A stretch of DNA of 64,000 nt from Epiperipatus broadwayi (GCA_028023455.1 JAQFVV010000001.1:3720001-3784000), one strand, 5' to 3'; shown: positions 50,761 through 63,080, counted from the stretch's first letter. Made by a program: numbers and translations. The notes: generated by a model not told the origin, from the letters alone.

Positions 50761-51882
50761 ATGGCAGAAATAGAAGGGTTCAGTAAATCATCTGAAAATG
50801 GTGCAGAAACATCAGACACATCCAGTGATCATGAGATTGTTTTTAAAAAATATCCTGATAAAAGAAAAAGTTGTAGACGATTAGAGAAGAATGCCAAGCA
50901 GAGGGAGCACGATGATGATGGGAAGTTTTACGCGATTCTCGAGGAGATGAGAGAAGATAGAAAACTTATGATGGCTATGATGGAGCGGATGTTGAGAATT
51001 GAAGAAGGACGTATGGGGATTGATGGTAAACCAGATCGGGAAGAGAAATCCAATAGCAATACAAAGAAGGAAGAAGATGACCAAACCATACCGAAGGAGT
51101 TGGAAATTCAGAGCGAGGAAGTCAGTGAAGAGAAAACAAGCCAGAAGATAGAAGTTAGTAATGATGAGTTGGAGATGCAAACTGAGAGGCAGGGTCAAAT
51201 TGAAAAACCAATAGTGGCAAGGGAAACTGCTATCAAAGGAAAAGAAATAAAAGTAGAACAGACAATAAATCCCCAAATGAGGATGAGTAATATACCATAC
51301 TTTGGGTCATCCATTCATATTCAAATATTTAAAGGCGACCCCGGAGAAAATCCAGATGTACATTTGGATAGTGTCAAGGAATTTTTATGCTTACACCAAA
51401 TGACCGAGAAGGAGAAAATAACAGTAGCCAGCCATTATCTAAAGGAATCCGCGAAGGCTTGGTGGAAATTATTGAAAAACCCACCGATTACAATTCAAGG
51501 TTATGAAAATGCCCTTTTAAAAAGGTATTGGAGTGAAGAGAAGCAGGAGGGACTTTTACACAAGCTCTCCAGTCAAAAATATAATGAAAACAACAGACAG
51601 GGTTATGCAGCATTCTTCATTCACCAAGTGACAATACTTAAATCTCTTACTGCTTTTAAGTACACTGATCAGCACATTATCCGGATTATTGTGCATAATT
51701 TACCACCGTGGGTACAAAGAATGATGCTGGGAAGCTGCCCCATGTCGTTTGAAAAAACTATTGAGCTTTTAAACCAGATTGATTATGGGGATTTGTCTCC
51801 AACAAAAAGGGAATGGGAGCAGAGTCATTACAACGCGAGACAATTAAAGCCTTATATACCTCCTGACCCAGGGAGAACATAG
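50761..51882 (+). CDS. retrotransposon Gag (373 aa): acidic/coiled-coil N-half, Arc-like/Retrotrans_gag capsid domain, integrase-like C-terminal tail; no zinc knuckle
   Basis: Uninterrupted ORF. The segment FKGDPGENPDVHL...YLKESAKAWW...YENALLKRYWSEEKQ...QKY...HNLPPWVQ...TIELLNQID has the capsid pattern of Osvaldo-type gags. The ORF ends HYNARQLKPY. Confidence 0.9.
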   Translation: MAEIEGFSKSSENGAETSDTSSDHEIVFKKYPDKRKSCRRLEKNAKQREHDDDGKFYAILEEMREDRKLMMAMMERMLRIEEGRMGIDGKPDREEKSNSNTKKEEDDQTIPKELEIQSEEVSEEKTSQKIEVSNDELEMQTERQGQIEKPIVARETAIKGKEIKVEQTINPQMRMSNIPYFGSSIHIQIFKGDPGENPDVHLDSVKEFLCLHQMTEKEKITVASHYLKESAKAWWKLLKNPPITIQGYENALLKRYWSEEKQEGLLHKLSSQKYNENNRQGYAAFFIHQVTILKSLTAFKYTDQHIIRIIVHNLPPWVQRMMLGSCPMSFEKTIELLNQIDYGDLSPTKREWEQSHYNARQLKPYIPPDPGRT

Positions 51883-52117
51883 AAAACAAACAGTAATTTT
51901 GGGATAACCCGGTAAACGACCACTATGTTATAAATGTTTCAGATGATGAGTAAAGACCAATGGACATTAATATACAAATGATTGATAAAATGTATCATTC
52001 CACACCCATGTTTAGGTTCAAACTCTCACCCAGACTGTTCTCCAAAGTCGATCAACTTTGTAATGAAATGTAAGTCAGTAAAATATGTATAAACATTTTT
52101 TTTTGTTATTTTTTTTT

Positions 52118-52130
52118 AAGTAGGAAGAAA
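52118..52130 (+). promoter_or_regulatory. polypurine tract
   Basis: AAGTAGGAAGAAA immediately 5' of the 3' LTR TG, preceded by a T-run. Confidence 0.75.
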
Positions 52131-54735
52131 TGAAACAGACAGATCGAAGAATCGATCTTAGTTTCATGGTTGTCATTTAAGAACGGTAATTCTAAACCAC
52201 TATTTACCCGCAATGAGACTTTTTCTATTCCAAGCCACATAAATTTTAAGTTATTTATTTTGTGTTTGTTTAAAAAGAATTTAATGTAAAGAGTATGAGT
52301 ATAAATGTCACAAATCATGATAAATAATATTCGTGTGTGTGTGGTTTGTGGATTTATATTAGCTCAATTTAAAAGTTTCAATTGCGTGTATATTTTCTTT
52401 AAATTTTAATTTTGCAAATTATACAAAGTCATTTAAAAATGCTGATCAAAAGTCACATTCCTTTGATCAGTATTTTTAATCAAAATCTTACTTGTACAAA
52501 ATGTATAGAATAATTAATTTGTACTTTGATGAATTAACATAATGAATTTATATTTTTGTATTCACGAATTCCGATGTAATTGTTTTGTCAATTTAGAATC
52601 ATGTATTAAATTTAAAAATAAATGAAAACCGAACAATGGAAATGAGAAACGTAGAACTCTTATCAAGAAAGGCAAATGCTATTGTATAGTCAAAAATTAG
52701 ATATTGCTGGAGGCCAGAAAATCAAAGGAGGCGGAGTCATGAACAAAAACTAGGCAGAAAGGTCAACCGTAGCCATCTTAAATATAATATAGACACTCTA
52801 ACTTTTGACTTGGCTGTGCTTAGATCGTCTCAAGCTACAGCAAAGTAGTTGTTCCAGAGAAATCACTTCAACCGTTATTAAGAAGTTGCCCGGTAAACTG
52901 CAATCATGATGGGCTAAGTCCAAGAAGCTGATCCCTGTTCTGCCAATTTAAATCTTTCGTACCGCTGATCTGTAATGTTTTCCGTGCTTCCAGTCTTCCA
53001 AATTCCAACATTTAAATTAACCATGCCGTTCTAAGAAATTCAAAATGCGCGCCTACGTTCTTCATACATATCACCGCAAGAAGAAAAGCCGGACGAAGAA
53101 AGAATGGTAACTTTTGTTACATGAACTTTTTAACTTTCCTCTCAGTAATAATTTTATATTTAATCTGTTAATCAAAGTAATTGCATGTAAATTTCTTGCT
53201 TTCCATTTGAAAATGTTACACTAAAACCTGTCAGTAAATTTCTTCTCTAATATTTCTGTGCTCTAGTCTTTAGATGATAATTATTAATATTTGTGCCTAC
53301 TAATAATCCATTTGTGAATACATTTATATTTTTACTATTACTTATTTTACAAACAAAACGATGCCAATAATAATAATATTTCTCAACTCTAATTAAAGTC
53401 AGTAAAGTTTATCTCATAATATTTATTATATTCATTTTAAAAGTAATTTTCTTGTATCGAACTAAAAATCGTTTCATTTATGTTGAGTTGAGAAATATTC
53501 AAATATTTTTATTGTTTCTTTTACTTCGTTATGATATTTTAATCTATACTCCAAATCTCAAATACTTAAAATAGTCTAAAATTTTATTATAATTTTTTTA
53601 TATATTATTACGGAGTAAGAATAATAAGTGAATATTTTTTTGCTATTATTACCTTCCGAACAATCTGGGGAGTTATGGGTTTCAGAGTGAAATTAATTAA
53701 TTATTACTTTTGCGATCGTTTGATTTCGCCATGTTTTATTGAATAGTTATATCGGACTGTTGCGTAGAAAATGTTACGGAGAGAAAAGGTTTTATATAAT
53801 TTCGTTTTAAAATCCACTTCCGATCACTCTTCCTCGATGTTACTGTGGCAATGCCTTTACCTTCGCCTAAGTTGGCGTCTCGTTTTACTACCACATGGAG
53901 AGAAAGAAATTCTTCTCCAGGTAATCTCTTGGATCACCGGGGTTCGAAAATGAGCCCGGCTGGTTGTAGTGTCCCGGATCTACTTGGGGGCATTAAGACT
54001 TGTCAAAGTACAAGCCGCCCGGTATTCCGTCAATGCACCGCAAGTTATTATTTGTAGTATACCTTAATCCCTGCAACCATCAGTACATCAGTATTATATA
54101 TTATATTTTTATATAAAACCGCCTCCCATTTATCCGTATACGCAATGGTTTGAATCTATTAAAATAAAACAACTTAATATAAACTAGTAGTTAAATATTT
54201 TAAGTGCTCCAATTACTCTGATTCTCATATCAACCTGTACAACCATTTAAACATATAAATATTGGCATGAGTTTGTTAATCAGTACAAACCGATTATTGA
54301 TGACTAGCAGCAATTTATTATAAATACATATGAGAGTTTTACCGTACCTGTAAATAATATTATTCAATGCTTTCAATAATTTATTAAAAATTTATCTAAC
54401 CTAATTTTGTCTCTCTTGCATTATTACTCTCGAAATCTAGTCAATCACCTGCTGTCTGTATCGACAACTTAAATATATACATTAAATTATTAGCCGTACC
54501 AATATCCCGACTATAAGATATCTATGAAATAGCTGATTGTAGGTAATTTAGTCTGTGTTTTTTCGATGAGCTAGTAAAGGGAAAACCCCGTACCATTGTA
54601 ATGTTGTCATCGGTGGGTCATGCCAGGGTTTTGGGTTTGAATTTAGTTTGCATTTTGGAATTTATTCCTAGACGTGGACTGGGTTCTAATTCGGATTACT
54701 GTGTGTGATTAGGCATGGTGATTTTTACCGGTACA
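52131..54735 (+). repeat. 3' LTR (2605 bp)
   Basis: Near-identical to 46733-49333; followed by the TSD CTAT. Confidence 0.95.
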
Positions 54736-55104
54736 CTATTCAATGTCAAATTTAGGGCATATTATAAAACTCCACATGCACCTCTAAGTGCTAAAATATC
54801 TACAATATTAAACATAAAAATTTCTGTGATCATGATATCATGCTGATCATCATCAATGTATTTGCCCATCTGGTACCTTGAATATACTGGACATCAATAA
54901 ATTAACTATCATAATAAAATGTATAAAGTGAAATATGTGGAGTTTTAAAGTCTACTTTATCTTTGTGGCTTCTAACCTACAGAGAACATCTGAATATTTA
55001 CACAGACACTTCCACATATCTTGCAAATATCACTATGCTAGAACTAATTTGGGATCACAAGAACTCTAAGGGATGTTTCTGAGATTGTAATCAAGAAAAA
55101 ATAT

Positions 55105-55670
55105 ATATAATACTTACTGCTTATATAAGGCTATAACCTTTGTACATGCACCTTGTGTGCTTAGTTTTACTAATTCGACTTTATAAAGATAAGAATGGCC
55201 TCTTATCTTCAACCTATTTTTCTAATTATATAGGCAAATCTAAAGCATTTTGATTTGGGAGCAAAAAACTAATAAATAAGTCCACTATTTCTGTTACATA
55301 TTAACATTCACAAAATCTTTCGATTTACTACGAGTCAATATTTAGATCTTAAATTTAGAAAAATATTTTGAATCAATTTAAAGTTGTAAATATTAATTCT
55401 TATTAAGCATATTGTCAGAATGTAATATTTATATAAGACTATATAACCTTAGTACATGCACCTTGGGTGCTTAATTTTACTGCAAGAGAGATCTCTACAA
55501 ATTTTAAACCAAGATTCGACTTTATAAAAATAAGAGCGGGCTTTTATCTTCAACCTATTTTTCTAATTATATAAGCAAATCTAAAGCATTTTGATTTGGG
55601 AGCATGAAGCTAATAAATTCATCACTGATTAAGTCCACTATTTCTGTTATACATTAATGTAGTATTGAAT
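55105..55670 (+). repeat. repeat family D, tandem dimer of an approximately 310-bp unit containing the hairpin AAGATAAGA-ATGGCC-TCTTATCTT
   Basis: ATAAG.CTATA..ACCTT.GTACATGCACCTTG.GTGCTTA... occurs at about 55125 and about 55435. The same family forms the 57.6-58.2 kb foldback. Confidence 0.7.
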
Positions 55671-57611
55671 AATTTTATTGGGATAACCTATAAATCTCTT
55701 AAAGCATGACTCTATATTAAAATCAGAGACACACATACACTACTAATTCACAGAACAGATATTCAGAAGAATAAAAACAACTATTATTTTAGTTAATTAA
55801 TAAACAAATAAAAATTAAAAAGGATATGACAAACCCAAAGTTTTACACATAATTTCAGTCATACATATGATTTTGTATACATATTTAGTTATTATTCCCT
55901 TCTGATTCTTTTAAATAATAATTCATTTAATCTAAATGAGTTATTTCTATAATAATAAAACCATAAAAAAATATTTCATAAGAAAAAATTTAACTTTTTA
56001 ACTTAAAATTTCATCTCTTTTTTTTTAAAAAAAATAAGGATATCTCATACAATTTGAAATAATAACTACAGCAATAAAAAAAAAAAGAAAATTTTTTTAA
56101 TCAAAAAATAAATTATTCACTATTTTCAATTATTACTTTCTCTATAAAATATTTATAAATGTAGATCTACACACTACCATATCTTATTATCATGGACTGA
56201 ATGTTTTTAGTCCTCTATTCTTGTAAACATATAAAATCCTAATTCAGTCAATCTCCTTTTCATAGCTTTCTCAATAGTTATTTTATTCACTTAGCTTTTA
56301 TTCTTTTCCTTTTTTAGCTCCAGATTTTCAATTTAATGACATTTTAGTTTTCTTTTATTTAGATTTTTTACTTTCCTATAGTAATGCCAGGTGTCACTTT
56401 AATAATTATTTTCACTTCAGTGCTTCCTTTTAACTTTTATTTTTGTAATTCTAGGTTTCAGTTTAATACTTATTCTTATTTCAGTTCTTCCATTAATTTT
56501 TCTTTTCGTAGTTCCAATTCCATGTCAAATTAACATAAGTTGAGATGGCCATGATGGGTTGTTGAATGCTTCCCCCAAATTATTTTCCTTCTACATTTCT
56601 TTTGATGAAATTAAATACAGAATTGAGTCAGTAGTGCTCAATTTTTAAAAAAAGCTTAACACATAATTTTTGTAAACTCCATTCTATTATATTCCTTTTT
56701 GAAAATCTTTTTTTTTACTAATAGTGAGATCAGTGCATCTTCAGACTTCCATGTTTAACTTTTTACTGTTACCTCACCAGAGCTAAACTAGTATTGATCT
56801 TTTGCCCACACTATCCTTTGTTTTCTAAAAAACATCATTGATATCACTCTTCCATCAAATCATATGGCTACCCCAGAAGTTACTACATTGACCAATTAAT
56901 TTTCTTTTTACTTGGAAAACAAAACATTTTGTTTATACATTAAGGTGGAAAACTTACTTTATTTATTCAGTGATAGCTATCCTAATCCCTTTCAATAAAT
57001 TGGTACACAACTAAAAATAATAATTTGAATACCTTTCTTTTTTTAAATTAATTGATAAATACATTTTTAAAGATTTAATTACTTCTTTTTTAAAAAAAAA
57101 AAAAGAAACTATATACAAAAAATTATCCCCCTTTCCTTCTTTGTTTTTGTTTTTTAAAAATCTAATAAAAATTACATTTTTATATTATTATTGTAATGAA
57201 CATTTATTTATTGACTTTTCATAAATTATATAATACCAATAATTCTGTATTCAGCTATGAATATGTAGCCTAGGAGTTTTGAAAGTGCTAAGGCTAAATA
57301 AACATTAACAAATAAAACTTCTCTAACAAGCGTAGAAGCAGAATTTTTGGTATTATATTATTATTATTAAAAAATTTTGGTACATAATTATTTCATGTAC
57401 ATAAATATTTTACTAGGTTTAATAAATAATTTTAACCTAGCTACTATTTAACAATTAGGCTATCCTGAAACTGACATGAAAAGAAATAATTATTCTCATT
57501 TATAAAAAGATCACAATTCTTCTGATATTTAAACAGCAAGAATTTTTCATCCTAACACTTGCTGTTCTATCTTTTTATAATATCCCAACAATGTCTTGTT
57601 GAATATTGAGG

Positions 57612-58233
57612 AAACTCTCAAACTAAGACACAAGATAGAGACTTTTGAAAAGATAAGAATGGCTATCTTATTTTTAAACCAACTTTCTAATTATATAGGC
57701 CGATTTAAAGCATCTCAGTTTAAAAGTATGAGGATGTTTCTTTGTTCACTTTACTTTCATTATTGTCTTTCTGCATATTAACTCTCACAAAATCTTTACA
57801 TTTACTATGTGTTAATATTTCCAAGTATTAGAAATTATATAACATTTGATTTTATTTGGTAGCACAGAGATAGTATGTGATTTAAACAGTAAATTTTTTT
57901 TATCCTAACACATGATAAAAACAGTACAGTTCATGTGCTAAGATAAAAAATCCTTACTTTTTAAATTACATCTATCTCTGTGCCAGCAAATAAAATTAAA
58001 AGGTACATAATTTCTAATACTTGCAAATATTAACACATCGTAAATTTAAAAATTCAATGAGAGTTAATATGCAGAAAGAAAATAATGAAACTAAAGTGAA
58101 CAGGGAAACATCTTCGTACTTTTAAACTGAGATGCTTTAAAATGGCCTATGTAATTATAAAATAGGTTTAAAGATAAGAGAGCCACTCTTATCTTTTCAG
58201 AAGTCTCTACCCTGTGTCATAATTTGAGAGTTT
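57612..58233. repeat. foldback (inverted dimer) of repeat family D, about 300-bp arms, 17-nt spacer
   Basis: 57612-57914 is the diverged reverse complement of 57932-58233; partial further units flank it at 57540-57570 and 58240-58335. Confidence 0.8.
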
Positions 58234-58347
58234 GCTACAGTACAGTACAAATGTTAGAATGAAAAATCCTTACTGTTGTTTAAATTATATACTATCTCTG
58301 CACTAGCAAATAAAATCAAATGTTACATAATTTTCCTGATAATAAAT

Positions 58348-58590
58348 ATACAATATTATTTCACATTTTTTGCTCAAAACTTATTTTTAAAAGATTAATT
58401 TGTAAATTTATCAACCATTTTGTTTAAATTAGATAGAATAGAAATATATTAAATTTTGCCTGTAAAACATTATTTGATGAATATGAAAGTTAAAATATTA
58501 AAACATCTCTCTTGAAAAAAACATCTCATTTTTTAAATAATGCATTATCACACCCATAAATTGTATATATATATATTGATGAATCTTAAG
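58348..58590 (+). repeat. unclassified dispersed repeat family C, copy 2
   Basis: Collinear with 46262-46490. Confidence 0.7.
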
Positions 58591-58790
58591 ATGTGAACAT
58601 TTATATATATAAAACTTAAATTGGTACTATCTAACTGTAAATTACATCACTACTGATCTTATGCATAAACTTAAATCAATAAATATTTCAGTGATCCGCA
58701 GTGTTGCTTTGAAAACGATAGCTGAATATTTATTGGTTTAAGCACGAGGCTGTGGTATTTACCTGAAGGTTTGTGGTGATGGTATATTAA

Positions 58791-59037
58791 ATGTGATAAT
58801 ATGTTGGACTATTTCCATCACCTATCAGTAAATGTTGAATGTATAGAAAAATTTTAAACTTGATTTAAACTTTTCAAATACAAATAACTTGTTAGTAATT
58901 ATTAACCTGTGTTGTCTATTTGTGTGCTATTACTAATAAGTTGTTTGCATTTGAAAAGTTTAAATAAAGTTTAAAATTTTCTATATATTTCAACATTTAC
59001 TGATAGATGATGGAAATAGTCCAACATATTATCACAT
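58791..59037. mobile_element. hairpin/MITE-like element, 247 bp, about 105-bp near-perfect inverted arms
   Basis: ATGTGATAATATGTTGGACTATTTCCATCA... and ...TGATGGAAATAGTCCAACATATTATCACAT. A related fragment lies at about 13195-13250. No TSD seen. Confidence 0.75.
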
Positions 59038-59437
59038 GGGACTGTAGGAATTGTTTATATTTATGAACAATAAAAATAATCTAGTTTCAAACAATTGGCC
59101 TTCCTTAAATTTAACATAAAAATATCTTTAAACTAAAATTTAAAAAAGCTATACAATTTTCACAAAATCTAAAAACATAAAAAACAAAAAGGAAGAAATG
59201 AAAGAAAAAAGGAAATCTAGAAGAAAAAGTAGCAAAATAGTAAGGATAAAATAAATAAGTAATTGAGGTTAGTTTTTAAAAATATGGTATTTGCAATAAA
59301 TATAAGTTAATATAAATGTGGTTTTACCACAATGTACAGGAACTACACAAATTATGTTTTCTGTTTATTTTTACACATTATGATGATTGGCTTAATGGTG
59401 ACCAGATATTAAAACTTGTTGTTATGAAGCTGTAATT

Positions 59438-59572
59438 ATAATATTAATCATCTATGTTCTTTATTATTGTTTACAATGCTTTTTTACAATTCACTATTGA
59501 CAGTTCTGCCAATACTGGGTTGCAAAAAAGCATTGTAAACAATAATAAAGGAAATTGATGATTTAATATTAT
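59438..59572. repeat. 135-bp hairpin with a perfect 27-bp stem core
   Basis: CTTTATTATTGTTTACAATGCTTTTTT (59459-59485) is the exact reverse complement of 59524-59550. Confidence 0.8.
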
Positions 59573-60754
59573 ATGAATTTGGTAATGCAATAAGAAAGGT
59601 AAAGTTATAATACTTCATAAAGAAAACTGTAAATATACTGGTATACTTGTATTATTATTATTATTATTTTATAAATAAATAAAACATTTTAAAAAGTTTT
59701 AATAATATCTGTATGACTTCTTATTAATTTGTCAAAATTTATTATATATGATGTTAGCTATGTGGTGTCTCTAAAATTATTGTGGCTTTCCAGCATTTAA
59801 AATAAAGGTCCCTTAATTCTGTTCTTGGTAGTTAAACTGTTCCAAGCATACACTTTTTCTAAATAAAAAAACAATAATATATTTATCTGTTAAAAAAAAA
59901 AAAAGGAGGGGGGGGGGACAGAAAATAAAAAGAAAGAAATGATAATTAAAAAAAGAATGTAATTAAAAAATACAATAATCAGCAAAAAAAAAAAAGACAA
60001 TTGTAAGTTATCTATGTATATATTAATAAAATTTCACCTTATACTATACTGTATATATAATTATTTAAGAAGCTTTATTAATAGAAGAAGAAAAAAAAAT
60101 AGTTTTTTTTAAAAGGAAGTGATTATAAAAAGGAAACATACACTAGTAATAATAATAACGTTTTGTTGACAGAAATAGTGATATTGATAATATAAATATA
60201 ATAGTAAGATTAAAGTTATGCCGGAATTAATTTTAATGTTTATTTCATAGTCCTCCAAAAAATGATTTTTCTATAAGTTTTATACTTAACTTTCAAAAGG
60301 AACCAAAAATGTTAATTAGTATTGTAACTGGCAAATTATACGATGCATTAGAAATGAAACAAGGAACTCTGCTGATGAGGAAACAACAAATCCAATCATT
60401 TATTTATTAAAATAACAATTAGAATATTTATTTTTTTGTAAAAGTTTTAAAATATCATTATATATACTTTGAAAATCGAAAAAAAAAATCAAATAATTAT
60501 CAGGAATAAATAAAAAATATTTATTATGATAATTAAAAAATACTTTTCGAATTATTCCTTCTTTTTTTAGGATTTTTAAACATATTACGTGCTCCCTCTC
60601 GCCTTATATCTTATTTATGGATTAATAAAATTATAAAATAAAAAAAATAAAATAAGCATTATTATAGTGATTTTAAATGGTGTGTTTTTAAAAGCAATAT
60701 ATATATATTTACAGAAAACAAATACAGGAGTGTATATATACATTATTAATATAA

Positions 60755-61105
60755 TGGTCCGATATTATGAGGGGTTAGATTGACATAAATGTCTACATGG
60801 GTATGATTACAATATCAAATCTACCAATCGCTTTGAGCGTTCCATCATTGGTTTTTCAATGAAATGCAAGATTCAATTGTTGGAAGGGTGAGAAGAGTGA
60901 AGCCTGTCCATTAAAGTTTAAGAAATTGCTATTTTAATATAAGCTGAGCACTGATTGTATATATGTGTGGGAAATGATGGGTCTGCACAAAATATGTATA
61001 TTGGGGATCATTTATCTTTTTCACAGCATGTAGTCATGTGTATTGGTTTTTGAGATGGAGTTGGAGGATGAATATAGACTAAAAATCCTAGGTTCAAATC
61101 CTCTA
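60755..61105 (+). repeat. dispersed repeat family A copy with the hammerhead core partly deleted
   Basis: Aligns to 18565-19165. Retains CAC-AAAA-TATGTATA-TTGGG (3' half of the motif) but lacks CTGATGA and the 5' strand of stem II. Ends in B-box-like GGTTCAAATCC. Confidence 0.7.
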
Positions 61106-61599
61106 TTTACCTGCATATACATGTACTACAATAATGATCTAGTGTCAATTACATAGAAATACCCGTTGATTATACATGACACAGTACAAAGAATTCAATG
61201 TTTCAAAAGTAATTGGGCTATCATCAGATACCTTACAGAATTTCTTTCTAAAATGTATCATAATAAAATTTCAATTAATAATTAGAATTTCACTTCATTA
61301 ACTAATATATTTGGGCTACTGAAATGTTTCTATTTTAAAGTAAAAACAATAAAATAAAATACTCTTAAATAACCATTTTAGGAATGTTCCCAGGTCTTTC
61401 AACAAAAAAATACTGAAAAATAAAACAATGCTTATTTAATTGCCTAGTATTAAGGGTTTTTGTGATGTCCTTTCTTGTTTATTATCTAGTAAGTAGTAGC
61501 TGGATATCACTTTACCAAAACATTATTGCTTTTGTGCAGTGATAAGGTCCTTATGTTAATTCCTGTTTTGACATTTCCAGTGCTCAATCTTCTTATGAA

Positions 61600-63080
61600 C
61601 TTCTGATCAATAAAGCTAGTTGATTATTTATTAGATGATTAAATATTTAGCTGTAAGCTGTAAAAATAAATTCTAAACTTGTTGAGAAATATTACCTAAA
61701 AAAAATTTCAAGTTTCGCCTCAATTTTCTCTTCCTAACAATGTATATATTTTTATAATATTGTATTCAAACAGAAGATATATTATAAATTATATTTGTTA
61801 TAATTTTTTTAAAATTCAAGATGGCTACCTGGTTGTATAAGAGGCATAAAGTTAAATATGAAGATTCTAATTTTTGCAATGCATGCTTTTGGAAAAAGTT
61901 AATTATTGATTGAATTTTGCTATTATTTTTCCAGTCTTTTTGTGATGTATGACCGAGCATCTTGTAGGCAACTACCCTTTAAAAATAGATGTTTTTGATC
62001 TTCTTCCTTGAAACATAATTGCCATATTATTTCTGTGTTACTAAGATTTCTCTTACACCTCAAAAATATAATGTAAGCAAAGACTACATATTTATTTTTA
62101 GCAAGAAATCAAAATATTTTGGCTCAAGAGTCCCAATACTTAAATCTTATCAGTTGCCTATTAGTAATGCCAAGCAATGGAGAGCAGCCATCTCATTTAG
62201 GTTTGAATATAAAAAGTATGAATTTTCTAATACTGACATTTTTCTTAAGGAAATGTTATCTTAATATTTGTCATTACATTAATTGGTGCCAGTAATATTT
62301 GAAGTTGTTTTGAATATGGAAAACACTTGTCTGTTGGTGTGACTTTAGGTATCATTTCCAGATGTAGAAATAATCTTATCATGGCTGACATAAGGTTAAC
62401 AGCTTTTGAATCCTACAAACATAAATTCAGTGTAGTCCTAACCCATTTTGAGCACCATGAAACTGAAATTTTCTGAGTGAAATTGCAACTGTTTTTCCCC
62501 ACAAGAGCTTTCTGCACAATAAATATACCTTTCAGATAAATGATTTCATAAATATTATGACAAGTAAATAGCATGTTATCTTTGTGATGATAAGCTTATT
62601 GATAAAAGCTATTAAAATAGAATCAGATGTATACCTTTGAAAATGATGATACTATGTGTTCTGATGATTGCAACAACTTATCTTGTATTTACTTTTCCAT
62701 AGCATATTGCTCAGTTAAAAAGGAAACCCCAAATATATAGTTGGTAAGCCAAGAAATGTGTCTGTATATAATTTACCTTTGTACATCTACCATGTACATG
62801 ATTTGTCAAGATTGCATTCAAGTTTATGGAGGTTTGTAAATTCCTTCATGATTTTTACTAACATTGGAATTTCTTTTGTAGTTTATAAGGAAAACAGTAG
62901 TATTGTCTATGTATGCTATGCAGAGTATATTACATCCTAATGTGGGAATATATATGCCTGAAAGATGTTTTTTTATGTTTCTAAGTAATTGGTTTATATA
63001 GGTTCTAAATAATAAAGCATTAAGCAGTGATCCTTGAGGTATTAATTGACTTGGATTAAATGAATGAGGCATTTTTCCAT
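61600..63080 (-). mobile_element. internally deleted 3' fragment of an L1/Tx1-like LINE related to the 2.2-11.6 kb element
   Basis: Minus-strand peptides IPQGSLLNALLFRTYINQLL...IYIP, KLLWGKTVAISL...NGLGLH, KAVNLMSAMIRLF...PTDKCFP, EPKYFDFLLKIN and QLCFKEEDQKHLFLKGSCLQDARSYI each align in order to ORF2 segments at 9.9-11.1 kb. Confidence 0.85.

Larger units (their letters stand above)
46733..54735 (+). mobile_element. young non-autonomous Ty3/Gypsy (Osvaldo-like) LTR retrotransposon, gag-only, 8003 bp
   Basis: Two TG...CA-bounded direct repeats of 2601 and 2605 bp; perfect 4-bp TSD CTAT (46729-46732, 54736-54739); PPT before the 3' LTR; PBS-like site after the 5' LTR; a single intact gag ORF; no pol. 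Confidence 0.95.

Noticed and set aside
50881-51276. 131-aa minus-strand ORF
   Set aside because: Antisense shadow of the purine-rich gag N-terminus.
46733-54735. 2.6-kb near-identical duplication as a segmental duplication or assembly artefact
   Set aside because: TG...CA ends, a 4-bp TSD on the outer flanks, PPT, PBS-like site and an internal gag identify the two copies as LTRs.
61190-61240. Hammerhead-like CTGATGA...GAAACATT on the minus strand
   Set aside because: Stem II and stem I do not pair; at best a fully decayed relic.
62270-62405. Exon-like segment on the minus strand (TAG acceptor, GTAATG donor, one open frame)
   Set aside because: The peptide aligns with ORF2 of the L1-like element at about 10.6-10.75 kb, so it is TE sequence.
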